A stretch of 64,000 nucleotides of DNA from an uncultured bacterium (GTDB lineage: Bacteria; Krumholzibacteriota; Krumholzibacteriia; LZORAL124-64-63): contig CAVSGO010000007.1 in assembly GCA_963727525.1 (NCBI GenBank), positions 1,696,001-1,760,000 of the forward strand, given 5' to 3'. This document shows positions 23,501 to 32,779 of the stretch, piece after piece (positions within the stretch are counted from its first letter, which is position 1; every line of letters starts with the position of its first letter). The position numbers and the translations under genes are program-made. The notes beneath the pieces were generated by a model that did no database searches, had not been told where the DNA came from, and worked only from the letters and a program-made list of their open reading frames with translations.

Positions 23501-23671
23501 CTCGATGTACTGCCAGCCGATGGGGATGGTGTCCACCACCTCCTGCAGGACGTCGTCCTGGGGTCGATCCGACTGGTTGAGCCGGTTCTCGATCTCGTAG
23601 ACGCAGTTGAGCTCCTTGGCGCGCTCGCGCAGTTCGGAGATCAGCGGACGCTGGCCATCATGACTCGCCAT
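20501..23671 (-). CDS. PEP-synthase/PPDK-type ATP-grasp protein with N-terminal GAF-like domain and C-terminal nucleotidyltransferase domain
   Basis: GKLGGKGSG, IVRSSSLLED, FSGKY, DVEFA, LLQCRP, GPGRWGS, SFGTHFF; C-terminal LYVFGS...GSDIDLLV...LDVHL. Confidence 0.88.
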   Translation of the reverse strand: MASHDGQRPLISELRERAKELNCVYEIENRLNQSDRPQDDVLQEVVDTIPIGWQYIEICEAQLTIEGREYRTAGYRQTPWHLEATIMLQDEEVGTLDVCYTESRPPEGVGPFLREELRLLNSIADRLGHYLMFHRVRHMRRQWEAARTKAGGTPSAGWKIAVQLMRETDKALAIRVARKMVNYLCSTGMVEAQELLQNVEAATGEHRGENMPLRRLDIDDSVLMSDRPFDLASKHLTDNEIMQRIQRWIQEDKASFFFKILNNPRSSLPEIANALRRYCHILRDGAGLAPSSLKSLRVMLCQRFLTEQLDFTKIAKEVVRVTDFAELLDRVVMPPESHGKLGGKGSGLLLAYWILSRPQGDHETAGVIKIPRTWYVASDAVMDFLDYNDLEDVWEQKFKDISTIRREYPNIVQLFKNSVFPPDLVKGLSVALDDLGETPVIVRSSSLLEDRLGSAFSGKYKSLFLANQGSKEQRLAALLDAVAEIYASLLGPDAIEYRRDRGLLEFDEQMGLLIQEVVGTPVGRYYLPAFAGVAFSRNEFRWSPRIRREDGLVRVVPGLGTRAVDRIGEDYPTLLVPGQPNLRVNVRADEIVRYSATMIDVLNLESNEFETMSIHDLLCECGNDYPLVDKVFSVLSGGMLKKLVPLLMDPDKDDLVTTFDGLVRDTPFLHHVGVMMRILEEHMKVPVDVEFAHDGTDFYLLQCRPQSYAADVAPSPIPKEIDKARLVFGTQFHVSNGHVPDITHIVYVDPEAYASLPDRGALTAVGRVVGRLNELLPKRQFILMGPGRWGSRGDIKLGVNVSYSDISNTAMLIEIARSQGSYKPDLSFGTHFFQDLVESRIRYLPLFPDEEGCDFNEAFFRDAPNLLLDLLPEAGAVAHCVRVIDVASYSDGRILRVLLNADVERAVAYLAEPDTNPTVAQELCAYNDMEQPSQYWFWRMRMAEKVAEELDASHFGVKALYVFGSTKNATAGPGSDIDLLVHFQGETRQRRELLAWLEGWSLCLAEMNYLRTGYRSEGLLDVHLVTDDDIAEHTSWAAKIDAVTDAARPLPLRAAD

Positions 23672-25406
23672 CTAGGATCACCACTCCCCGGCCGTCGCGG
23701 CCGTCGATCCGAACATCGAGCGGCCGCGAGAGCCGCACGTGCCGTATGAACTTCGATTCAAACTGAGCGGGCAGCACATCGAGGCGCTCCCAGTCGATCC
23801 GGTCTTCCGCCCGGTGCCACACCGATAGATACAACACGCGGAAGCTCATCAGGTTGTGAAAGAAGTGCGAACCCTGGCTGAAATCGGGTTCCATGTCCGG
23901 CAGCGTCGCCTCCACGATCACGCGCGCGCCGCCGATCTGCGGCCACACCACGGGCACGCCCAGCCAGGGATCGCTGCTGCCCCAGCGGCCGAAGCCGATG
24001 AGCATGTACGGCCGCTGGGCCTCCACGAGGCGCCGGTTGAAATGTTCCAGTTCGCTCGCGATGTGGGGCGTGAACCGGGCCTGGAACATCTCGGGCCTCA
24101 GGTACACGATATCGGTGATATCGTGGCGCTCGCCATTGCCCAGCACCCGGTGCGACGACAGTAGCGTGCCCGGACCCTTCATCTCGGACTCGTCCACAGT
24201 CACCTGCTCCTCGAGCACCCTTAGCGGTCGCATCTGCAGGAAACCGAAGCGTGCGGGGGTCGCGTCGAGGTCGGTGGCGGCGAACTCGAACTCCACCGGC
24301 CCTCCGGCCGCGTCCGCCCCCTGCTTCAGCAGGTCCTGTACGAGGTCGTTCAGGGGCAACGCGTCGTACTGCAGGATGGGCGCGAAATCGAGCACGCGCG
24401 GACCGGCCACGCCGGGCCCAGGGCGCAGGCGGCCCGACGATGCATCCAGGGTGGACACGAGATGGGTGAGCACGCCGTCGTCCTCGGCGGTCGCGAGGTC
24501 GGCCTCCACGAGGTATTCCGACTCGTGGATCGGGTCCGGCAGCGGCGGCACGCCCATATGCACGGCCCAGAAGCGCACCTGGCTGTTGCGCGATCGATCC
24601 TCCGGGCTGGCGAACGGCGGCGGCGCGGCCGGCCACGTGGGCGCGTAGCTCCAGGCCAGCCCCCCGTCGACGATCTGGCGACCGAGGCCCAGGGCCAGCG
24701 TCACCACGCCGTCGGTGGCCTCGGCGCGGCCGGTGGGATAAGCGTTCCACGAGCGCGCGACCCCGGCAATCTCGGGATAGAACCGCTCGCCATGACGCAA
24801 CCCCACCACCTCCTGCACGATCACCGCCATCTTCTCCTGCCCCACCTCCTTTCCGATCGTGCGCAGGTAGGCCCGCGCATCACGGAAGAAGGTGGACGCC
24901 CAGACGAACTTCACGGCCTGCACGAGAAGGAGGAAGCGCCGGTCGGCCTCTTGCTGGTTGTTCGGGATCATCTTTGTCGCATAGACGCCGGCGAATGGAT
25001 GATCGAGTGCGTCCTCGAGGAGGCTGGACGAGCGCACGGCAAGCGGCTGACGCACGTGCTCCACCAGCGACCTCAGGTCTCCCAGCCACGGCACCGGGAA
25101 CTGCGCTTGCTGGAACGCATGGGCGATGCGGTCATCGCGCAGATCATCCACCGGTAGGGAAAGCAGATCATTCTGGGTGATGAAGGTATCGAAGACATCG
25201 GTCGCCAGCACGACCAGGCGAGGCACGTCCACGGCGAATTGTGGATAGGCATCAGCGGGCAACGCCGTGAGCACGTTCCGGCGCACGAGATCGAGGCCCG
25301 CGGCTTTGCCGCCGATGGCCCCGTCGCCGATCCGAGTCATGGTGTCTTCACCGGTCAGAAATCGGCGACCGAAGCGCGGCAACTCCGTACCGGGGGCGCT
25401 GAGCAT
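23658..25406 (-). CDS. Stand-alone PEP-synthase/PPDK-type ATP-grasp protein
   Basis: IGGKAAG, AVRSSSLLED, FAGVY, EKMAVIVQ, FLQMRP, GRWGSSD, SQGSHFF; ATG after GGAGG; overlaps next gene by 14 nt. Confidence 0.88.
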   Translation of the reverse strand: MLSAPGTELPRFGRRFLTGEDTMTRIGDGAIGGKAAGLDLVRRNVLTALPADAYPQFAVDVPRLVVLATDVFDTFITQNDLLSLPVDDLRDDRIAHAFQQAQFPVPWLGDLRSLVEHVRQPLAVRSSSLLEDALDHPFAGVYATKMIPNNQQEADRRFLLLVQAVKFVWASTFFRDARAYLRTIGKEVGQEKMAVIVQEVVGLRHGERFYPEIAGVARSWNAYPTGRAEATDGVVTLALGLGRQIVDGGLAWSYAPTWPAAPPPFASPEDRSRNSQVRFWAVHMGVPPLPDPIHESEYLVEADLATAEDDGVLTHLVSTLDASSGRLRPGPGVAGPRVLDFAPILQYDALPLNDLVQDLLKQGADAAGGPVEFEFAATDLDATPARFGFLQMRPLRVLEEQVTVDESEMKGPGTLLSSHRVLGNGERHDITDIVYLRPEMFQARFTPHIASELEHFNRRLVEAQRPYMLIGFGRWGSSDPWLGVPVVWPQIGGARVIVEATLPDMEPDFSQGSHFFHNLMSFRVLYLSVWHRAEDRIDWERLDVLPAQFESKFIRHVRLSRPLDVRIDGRDGRGVVILDGES

Positions 25407-25494
25407 GGCGCACCTCCTCTGGCAAGCCGTCGGTCGTACCGTCTCGTGGTGGGCGAGGCCGGACCGCCATGGCGGTCCAGCCTCCCGTGGTCGT

Positions 25495-26784
25495 CTAGAC
25501 CCAGCCGCGCTCGCGGCAAGCGGTGGCCACCCTGTTGATGGCCAGCACGTACGCCGCATCGCGCATGGAGAGCTTGCGCCGACGAGCGAGTTCGCTCACC
25601 GACACGTAGGCCGCGGTCATCTTGAGGTCGAGTTTACCGAGAACCTCTTCCATTTCCCAGAAGTAGTTCATATTGCACTGGACCTGCTCGAAGTAGCTGC
25701 AGGTCACGCCACCGGCATTGGCGAGGAAGTCGGGAATCACGAAGACGCCGCGCTCGTCGAGCACCGCGTCGGCCTCGGGCGTGGTAGGACCGTTGGCGCC
25801 CTCGGCGACGATCTTCACCTTCGCCGAGATCCGGCTCACGTTGTCCCCGGTGATCTGGTTCTCCATCGCCGACGGGATGAGGATGTCGACGTCCTGAGCC
25901 AGCCAGTCGTCGCCCGGCAACACGTCGTAGCCCGCTTTCTTGGCCTTGGCCTTGTCGATGCCGCCGAAGCGATCGGTGATGCCGCGCAGTTGTTCGAGAT
26001 CGACGCCGCTTCCGCGCTTGAACGTATACGACGTCTGGTCTTCCTGATCCCAGCTCGAGACGCAGATCACGCGTCCGCCCATCTGCTGGTACAGTTCGAT
26101 CGCATACTGCGCCACGTTGCCGAAGCCCTGCACACTCGCGGTCGTGGCGGCGGGCTTCAGATCAAGATCCTTGAGGGCTTCGCGCAGGCAATAGACCACG
26201 CCATAACCGGTGGCCTGGGTGCGTCCCTTCGAGCCGCCGAGCCCCACGGGCTTGCCCGTGATTACGCCGGGGTACCGCCCGCCGTGGATGGCCTCGAACT
26301 CGTCGAGCATCCACAGCATGTGCTGCGGACTCGTCATGACGTCGGGCGCCGGCACGTCGGACACGGGTCCGATGTTCTTGGCGATCTGACGCACGAATCC
26401 GCGGCAGATGGCCTCCTGCTCGCGGGCGCTCAGGTTGTGCGGATCACAGATCACGCCACCCTTGCCGCCGCCGAGCGGGATGTCCGCCACGGCGCACTTC
26501 CACGTCATCCACATCGAGAGCGCGCGCACGGTGTCGACGGTTTCCTGCGGATGGAAACGGATGCCGCCCTTGCAGGGGCCGCGCGAGTCGTTGTGCTGGA
26601 TGCGGAAGCCGTGGAACACCTTCATCGTCCCGTCGTCCATGCGGACGGGGATGGTGAAATGGTACTCGCGCATGGGACTGCGCAGGAGGTCGCGCGTGGC
26701 CTCGTCCAGCCCGATCAGATCGGCGATCTTGTCGAACTGCGCCCGCGCCATCTCGAACGGATTGAAGGAACCCTTGGCGGACAT
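25495..26784 (-). CDS. Second glutamate dehydrogenase (Glu/Leu/Phe/Val dehydrogenase, GdhB/archaeal-like subfamily)
   Basis: RGPCKGGIRFHP, MTWKCA, GGGKGG, DVPAPD, ITGKP, QGFGNV, EGANGP, ANAGGVTCSYFE. Confidence 0.93.
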   Translation of the reverse strand: MSAKGSFNPFEMARAQFDKIADLIGLDEATRDLLRSPMREYHFTIPVRMDDGTMKVFHGFRIQHNDSRGPCKGGIRFHPQETVDTVRALSMWMTWKCAVADIPLGGGKGGVICDPHNLSAREQEAICRGFVRQIAKNIGPVSDVPAPDVMTSPQHMLWMLDEFEAIHGGRYPGVITGKPVGLGGSKGRTQATGYGVVYCLREALKDLDLKPAATTASVQGFGNVAQYAIELYQQMGGRVICVSSWDQEDQTSYTFKRGSGVDLEQLRGITDRFGGIDKAKAKKAGYDVLPGDDWLAQDVDILIPSAMENQITGDNVSRISAKVKIVAEGANGPTTPEADAVLDERGVFVIPDFLANAGGVTCSYFEQVQCNMNYFWEMEEVLGKLDLKMTAAYVSVSELARRRKLSMRDAAYVLAINRVATACRERGWV

Positions 26785-26881
26785 GGAAGCCCCTTTCGTT
26801 GGGAAATTTAGGGCAAACAACGACGCCGCCGCGAGGGAAGTCAAGCCCAGGTTGTGATTCCTTGAACGGGCCGCTCGCCGA

Positions 26882-29872
26882 CTAGCGGGAGGCACCGTCC
26901 GTGGCCGGTCGCCGCACCACGCCGCGGCGTTGCCGACCGTCGATCACCACCTCCAGCGGAACCGCCAGGTGCACGTGCCGCAGGAACGTGCCCTCCCACG
27001 CGGCGGGCTGGGCGTCGAGCCAGTCCCAGTCGCAGGTGGCGGGCGGAGCGCCATGATTCACCGTGAGATAGCCCACCTGGAAGCTCGTGAGATTCTGGAA
27101 GAAGTGCGTACCCTCGCTGGGCGTGACGCGAAAGTCGGGCAGATCCGTCTCCACGATCACGCGGGCGCCGCTGATCTGCTCCCAGCGTACCGGAATGCCT
27201 AGCCAGCGATCGGCCGTACCCCAGCGGCCGGGACCGAGCAGGAGGTAGGGCGTCTCTGTCTCGAGCAGGCGCCGGTTGGCCTCGGCCACCTCGGCGGCGA
27301 TGGCCACCGTGTGCGCGCGCTCGAATCGCTGCCGCGGCACATAGACGATATCGCATAGATCCTCGTGCCGACCATTGCCGAGCGCCACCTCGCTGGCCAC
27401 CACCACGCGCGCCTCGTCGAGCGCCTCGCGCGCGAGGGACACGTTACCGGCCTGCAACGCCAGCGGCCGGATCTGCAGGAACCCGAACTGGTGCGGCACC
27501 AGGGACGGATTGGGACTGAGCGTCACCGCCCACTCCAGCTCCACCTGTGCGCTCATGCAGTTACGCCCGAGTTCCAGCAGGAATTCGAGGATCTCGGCGA
27601 GCGGGAAGATGCCGGATTTCAGCACGTGCGCGAAACTCACCACGCGGGTGCCCGGCCGCGTGATGCCGTCGGTGATGGCGCGGTTCTCGGCGGAATACGT
27701 GGAGCCCACCGCCGCAAGCGTCCCGTGTCGCTCGGCGTCCGCCAGGTCGAGCACGGTAAGGTCGTAGTCCTCACGCGCCTGGGGCGAGATGTCCGCATGC
27801 GAGAGATCGATGGCATGGAACTCGCGCTGGCTGCCCTTGAGCCAGTCGTCGATGGTGCCGAACTGTTGCAGGTGCTGCGGCTGGCGTGGATTGAAGCGCA
27901 GCACGTTGCCACCTTCCACGACCACCCTGCCCAGGCCCAGCGCCGCGCACACCACGCCATCGTGGGGATCGGCCCCCGGTTGCGGGTAGAAGTCGGTGGA
28001 GTGGGCCACGCCGGCGAAGTCGGGATAGAAGACGCGCTCGTGCCGACGACCGACCACCTGCTGGATGATCACGGCCATCTTCTCCTCTTCCGCCCGGCTG
28101 CCCGTGGCGGCGAGGTACGCCTTGGCGCCCCGGGTGAACACGGAGGCATAGACGAGCTTGATGGCGTCCACGAGCTGCCCCAGCCGCACGGCGAGTCGCG
28201 GATGATTGTTGGGCAGCATGTAGGTGGAGTACACCCCCGCGAACGGCTGGAACTGGCTATCCTCGAGCAGACTCGACGAGCGCACGGCGATCGGGTAGCG
28301 CACCTCGCGCAGGAAGGCCTCGAGATCGCCGATCACCGCGGAGGGGAGCGCGGCCCCGAGCAACGCCTGGACCACGAGAGCGTCGTCGACGTCGCCGTAC
28401 ACGCGATCCCGCAGACCAGGTGTATCGAGGACCTGATCGAACACGTCGGTGGCCAGCACGGCCGTGGGCGGCACCCGCAGATCGACCTCGGGGAACCGGT
28501 CCATCACGCCGTAGCGATGCAGCACCGCGTTCATGAACGCGAGCCCGCGCGCCTTGCCGCCCAGCGATCCCCCGCCGATGCGCACGAAGTCGTTGCGCAC
28601 GTCGAATTGCCGCCGCGAAAAATCCGCGACGATCCCGCGCTGGGTTTCGGTGCGGAAGCGGTCGAAGCTCTCGCGCAAGTAGCGGCGCAGCGCCCCGACG
28701 TCCGCGAACTCCCCTACCTTGCGCGGCCGGATGAGGGCCGCCAGCGCGAACTCGGTGCGCGCGCGCAGCCACGTGGAGAACTGATCGTTGCCGGCGTGAT
28801 GGATGATCGACGCGTCGGGCACCTGGTCGAGCTTCTCGACCATCTCGCGCAGATCCCGCGCGCGGCCCACCTCCGTGCCGTCGGGCAGGCGGAAGACGAA
28901 ATCGCCGAACCCGAAGTTGTCGGCCATGAAGACGCGCAGCTCGTGCAGCAGGGCGCGCGACCGCTTGTTGATAAAACCGGCGCCGATCGCCGCGGCCGAG
29001 GCGCGTAGCCCCTCGTTGGTCGACTGCAGCACCACCGGGAGATGCCGATCCACCGCCTTCACCTTGCCGATGAAGTCGAGCCCCGCCGTCTCCGGCACCG
29101 CGCCGTCCCACGGGAACTGACCGTCGCTGATCACGCCGAGCAGGTAACCCTGGTACTGGCGAAAGTAGCTCCAGGCTTCCTCAAAGGTGGTCGCGAGGAT
29201 GATCTTGGGACGCGCGCGCATCCGCAGGAGGCGGTGGCTGAGATTGATACCCTCGGCCATCAGCTCCTGCGTCTGGTGCACCACCTCGGTGTAGAGCATC
29301 GGCAGGTAGAGCGAGAAGAAGCGCACGGAGTCCTCGATGAGCAGGATCACGCGCACTTCGCCATAACGAGTGTCGTATGGCAGGTTCTTCTGGTCCTCCC
29401 AGCCCTTGATCATCGCCAAAAGCAGCCGCACGTCGCCCGACCAGAGGAACACGCGATCGATGGCGCCCTCGTGGCTCTGCCGCTCCACCTGCTGCAACTC
29501 GCGGGGATTCAGCACCAGCGTGTACACCGGCACGTCCGGATGGGTGGCCTTGATCCGCGCGGCGAGATCGCCGGCCTCGAGGTCGCCCAGGCGGGACATG
29601 GTGATGACGAGGTCGAAGCGCCGGGTCGCCAGCAGGTCGAGGGCCTCGCGGCCGCTGTTCGCGCGGGCGATACGGGGCGCGAAGCTCAGGTTCAGCTCGC
29701 GGTACTCGCTAAGGAGCAGCTCCGTGAGCCGTCCGCCCTCCTCCAGCGTGAAGGCGTCGTACATCGACGCCACCAGGAGCACTTCCTGCACCCGGAAGGG
29801 CATGAGATGGCTGAAGCCGCCGAACCTGTCCTCGGTCCCGGCCTGCAACTGGTGCCAGAAGGAGTCTTTCAT
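26882..29872 (-). CDS. PEP-synthase/PPDK-type ATP-grasp protein with two N-terminal receiver-like domains
   Basis: REC-like segments (FDLVITM; VILLIEDS...GVISD...VVLQST...FINK), GGKARG, AVRSSSLLED, FAGVY, FLQIRP, GPGRWG, SEGTHFF. Confidence 0.88.
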   Translation of the reverse strand: MKDSFWHQLQAGTEDRFGGFSHLMPFRVQEVLLVASMYDAFTLEEGGRLTELLLSEYRELNLSFAPRIARANSGREALDLLATRRFDLVITMSRLGDLEAGDLAARIKATHPDVPVYTLVLNPRELQQVERQSHEGAIDRVFLWSGDVRLLLAMIKGWEDQKNLPYDTRYGEVRVILLIEDSVRFFSLYLPMLYTEVVHQTQELMAEGINLSHRLLRMRARPKIILATTFEEAWSYFRQYQGYLLGVISDGQFPWDGAVPETAGLDFIGKVKAVDRHLPVVLQSTNEGLRASAAAIGAGFINKRSRALLHELRVFMADNFGFGDFVFRLPDGTEVGRARDLREMVEKLDQVPDASIIHHAGNDQFSTWLRARTEFALAALIRPRKVGEFADVGALRRYLRESFDRFRTETQRGIVADFSRRQFDVRNDFVRIGGGSLGGKARGLAFMNAVLHRYGVMDRFPEVDLRVPPTAVLATDVFDQVLDTPGLRDRVYGDVDDALVVQALLGAALPSAVIGDLEAFLREVRYPIAVRSSSLLEDSQFQPFAGVYSTYMLPNNHPRLAVRLGQLVDAIKLVYASVFTRGAKAYLAATGSRAEEEKMAVIIQQVVGRRHERVFYPDFAGVAHSTDFYPQPGADPHDGVVCAALGLGRVVVEGGNVLRFNPRQPQHLQQFGTIDDWLKGSQREFHAIDLSHADISPQAREDYDLTVLDLADAERHGTLAAVGSTYSAENRAITDGITRPGTRVVSFAHVLKSGIFPLAEILEFLLELGRNCMSAQVELEWAVTLSPNPSLVPHQFGFLQIRPLALQAGNVSLAREALDEARVVVASEVALGNGRHEDLCDIVYVPRQRFERAHTVAIAAEVAEANRRLLETETPYLLLGPGRWGTADRWLGIPVRWEQISGARVIVETDLPDFRVTPSEGTHFFQNLTSFQVGYLTVNHGAPPATCDWDWLDAQPAAWEGTFLRHVHLAVPLEVVIDGRQRRGVVRRPATDGASR

Positions 29873-30090
29873 GGGACGCAACTCTACTGCCCCGGCGCCG
29901 TGAAGGCCACAGGAAAGGGGTCGCGCCCGGCCTGTCACAGCGCTTCTCCGGGCGCGACTCGTGTCATGGTCAGTGCCCTTGCACGACAAAGACGACAATC
30001 GAGGTTATCTTGACGATGCTCGCAACAACCGTTAGCCTGCCCACACCACCGACCGTCACCATCGCGACGCATTTATCGAGGTCGATATTC

Positions 30091-30666
30091 ATGGCCGCCG
30101 GCGATGCCCCCGCAACACAGGGCACCCTGGACTGGGATGCCACTCGGCGGCAGCTCGCCGCGGTCCTCGGTCGGCTCGCGGGCTCCGTGAACGCGCCCCA
30201 GCTCGACGACCTCACCCAGGAGGCCTGTATCCGCCTGCTTCGCGCCATGCGGCGCGGCGGCGTGCGCGAGCCCGAGGGGATGCTGGTCACCGTCGCCCGC
30301 CGCACCTGGATCGACCACTTGCGACGCCGGCGGCGACAACGCCAGCGCTTCGTGGCCATGCCCGAGCACCTCGACCCTCCGGCCGACACGGACGAACCCC
30401 TGCGGGCCGATCTCGGCGACCTCGCCGAACGCCTGGAGCTGGTCGTGCAGGAGGTCTTCGTCCGCGAGGGCGCCGACGCCTGCCTCACGCTCGCCCACGC
30501 CTATTTCGCCGCCCAGGACTGGAAGCAGGTCGCCGCCGCCGCCGGCGACGGATACGACGCCGTGCGCAAGCGCTGGTCGCGATGCCTGGTTCTCGTGCGC
30601 CGAGCCCTCGCGGCCGATCCCGATTTTGCCGACCTGATCGATCGCCCGAGAGGAAGCGCGCGATGA
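30091..30666 (+). CDS. ECF-type RNA polymerase sigma factor (divergent)
   Basis: Region 2-like DDLTQEACIRL...VARRTWIDHLRR; region 4-like WKQVAAAAG...AVRKRWSR; ATGA overlap with the anti-sigma gene; start uncertain. Confidence 0.7.
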   Translation: MAAGDAPATQGTLDWDATRRQLAAVLGRLAGSVNAPQLDDLTQEACIRLLRAMRRGGVREPEGMLVTVARRTWIDHLRRRRRQRQRFVAMPEHLDPPADTDEPLRADLGDLAERLELVVQEVFVREGADACLTLAHAYFAAQDWKQVAAAAGDGYDAVRKRWSRCLVLVRRALAADPDFADLIDRPRGSAR

Positions 30667-31487
30667 CTCACGACACGCATGTCACCTCCGACCGCGCCTT
30701 CGCCGCCCTGGCCACCGGATTGCTCGATGGTGACGATGAAGACGGTCTGCGCCGCCACCTCGCCACCTGCGAGCCCTGCCGCAACCGTTGGGATGCGTTC
30801 GTCGCGGATCGCGAGGAAAGCGACGACGCGCGCCACCTACCGGCCGCCATGATCGCACGCTGGGATCGCGCACGCGCCGAGCTGCGCGGCCTCGAGCGCG
30901 AGAGCGTGCGCCAGCATCTCGCGCGTTGCCGCGCTTGCCAGGAGGATCTGCGTGTCGCGGGGTTCTCGCCCGACCTAGCCGGCGCCGCTCCCGCACCTCG
31001 CGCCACCGTGATCCGCACGCACCCCTGGCGCTGGTTCGCCGGCGGCGCGGCGGCGGCCGCGGCCATGGCGGCGGTGCTGGTCGCACTCCTCCTGCCGCCA
31101 CACCCGCCACGGGACATTGGGGGCGTCGTGCCCTGGGTCGCGCCCGCTCAGCTACGCGGGGCGTCCGTGGCCACGGTGACCGTCGCCCCCGGAACGCCCA
31201 CCCTCACCCTCCTGCTCGGCACACCCACCGACTTCGACCCGACCCAGCCCGCCATCGTGGACGTGCGTTCCCCCGGCGGTACCCACGTGCTGCACGCCGC
31301 GATTCCGGCCGCGGACCTGCAGCGCTCCACCCTCGCGATCATGCTGACCATGACGCCGGCCATCACGGCCGGCGTCTATGACGTCACGCTGAGCCAGACG
31401 CAGGGAACACCGCAGATCACCTCGTTCGAGGTCATTTGGGCCGCGAAGAATGGTGATCGCACATCGAGCCCCGGTCTCACCCGCTAG
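30663..31487 (+). CDS. Zinc-binding anti-sigma factor (two HxxxCxxC motifs, one TM helix, extracytoplasmic domain)
   Basis: RHLATCEPC and QHLARCRAC; TM segment AAAAAAMAAVLVALLL. Confidence 0.78.
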   Translation: MTHDTHVTSDRAFAALATGLLDGDDEDGLRRHLATCEPCRNRWDAFVADREESDDARHLPAAMIARWDRARAELRGLERESVRQHLARCRACQEDLRVAGFSPDLAGAAPAPRATVIRTHPWRWFAGGAAAAAAMAAVLVALLLPPHPPRDIGGVVPWVAPAQLRGASVATVTVAPGTPTLTLLLGTPTDFDPTQPAIVDVRSPGGTHVLHAAIPAADLQRSTLAIMLTMTPAITAGVYDVTLSQTQGTPQITSFEVIWAAKNGDRTSSPGLTR

Positions 31488-31574
31488 ACCCGATTTTCCC
31501 ACCAGGAGGCGTACTTCAACTCGTGCCCTGGGCCCCGGTGGAACCGTCACCATGCGCCGTGGCACGTTGGGTGA

Positions 31575-32633
31575 CTAGCGGAACATCGCCTTGATCGAAC
31601 CCCAGTCGATGCCTTCGGTGGCGACCCCGTCGCAGCCGTCCTCCGTGACCACGACCTCGCCCCCCGTCAAGCCCGGTCCGCCAAGGAGTTCCGGATCCCA
31701 CGACGGGCAGTTGACATGCACATCGATGCCGGCGTCGAAGTAGATCTCCGCGCCTTCAGGTGCCGTGTTCGAGACCTCGACGGAGAGGTCGTCCAGGAAT
31801 AGATCGCAGCCCGACGCCACGTAGAACGCGCCGCCATGCCCATCGGCATGATTCTCGTTGCCGCCGACGATCTGCCCGCCGCCGTTCACGGCGCCGAGGT
31901 ACATCCCACCGCCGTTGCCGGTGCAGGTATTCGTGTAGCAGTAGACCTGATCGAAGGTGACGTTCGCGTCCACGAGATTGGCACCACCGCCGTTCGCGGC
32001 CTCACAGAAGAAGAACTGGCAGGGATGCACGTCGGCTCCCGTCAGGCTGATCGACGCCGCCGAACCGTTGCGCACGCACAGACCACCGCCATCGCCCACA
32101 GCCACGTCGCTGACACAGCTGCTCGATGCGAACTGGAATGCGGTCGCCGTCGACGCGGCATCGATGAAAAAACCGCCACCGTCTCCTGTGGCCTGGCAAT
32201 CCCTGATCGACGTGAACTCGCATGAACTCGGTTCGGTCGGCGCCGCAAGCGGATCGACCACGATGCGCAGACCACCGCCCTCATCGGCCGCACCATGGGC
32301 GATCACCACGTAGGACAGGTGCAGCGGCGCGTCGCGCAGCTGCACATCAAGGATTCTCTGCGTGTCGTCGCCGACGATCTCGACGGGATTGGGCGGCAGG
32401 CTCGAGCGGATCGTGACCCCGTGATCCACGTGCAGACCGGATTCGTTGTAGGTCCCCGCGTTGATGACGATGTCGTCACCAGCCACGGAGGCATCGAGCG
32501 CCGCCTGGATCGTGGGATAGTCGCCAGGCACGATGAGATCCATGGCCGTCGTCGTGCCCGCGAACGCGACGCATACCAGGCATAGACCGAAAAGGCACCA
32601 TCTCGAGAACATACTGCACCCCCGCGTTGCCAT
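31575..32633 (-). CDS. Secreted parallel beta-helix protein with C-terminal WGSIKAMFR motif
   Basis: Signal peptide; VPGDYPTIQAALD...GTYNE; repeated GGG(L/F/M) and GGAFY units; C-terminal EGIDWGSIKAMFR. Confidence 0.8.
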   Translation of the reverse strand: MATRGCSMFSRWCLFGLCLVCVAFAGTTTAMDLIVPGDYPTIQAALDASVAGDDIVINAGTYNESGLHVDHGVTIRSSLPPNPVEIVGDDTQRILDVQLRDAPLHLSYVVIAHGAADEGGGLRIVVDPLAAPTEPSSCEFTSIRDCQATGDGGGFFIDAASTATAFQFASSSCVSDVAVGDGGGLCVRNGSAASISLTGADVHPCQFFFCEAANGGGANLVDANVTFDQVYCYTNTCTGNGGGMYLGAVNGGGQIVGGNENHADGHGGAFYVASGCDLFLDDLSVEVSNTAPEGAEIYFDAGIDVHVNCPSWDPELLGGPGLTGGEVVVTEDGCDGVATEGIDWGSIKAMFR

Positions 32634-32779
32634 TGTTCACGAAAACGCGATACCTGTCGCGTCTTGACGCTCGATATTACCACTAAGCAGCCTTCCACTC
32701 AATGGTCGGTCCGCGTTGGCCGTCGCACATTGGTCGTCGCAAACTCGCATCTGGCGAGAGTCGGTTCCGCGTCTCCTCC

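Noticed and set aside
19514-23749. 1411-aa plus-strand ORF, and other long antisense ORFs such as 15874-18660, 5216-7336 and 53004-55079
   Set aside because: Shadow frames of well-supported minus-strand genes in high-GC DNA; no recognisable motifs.
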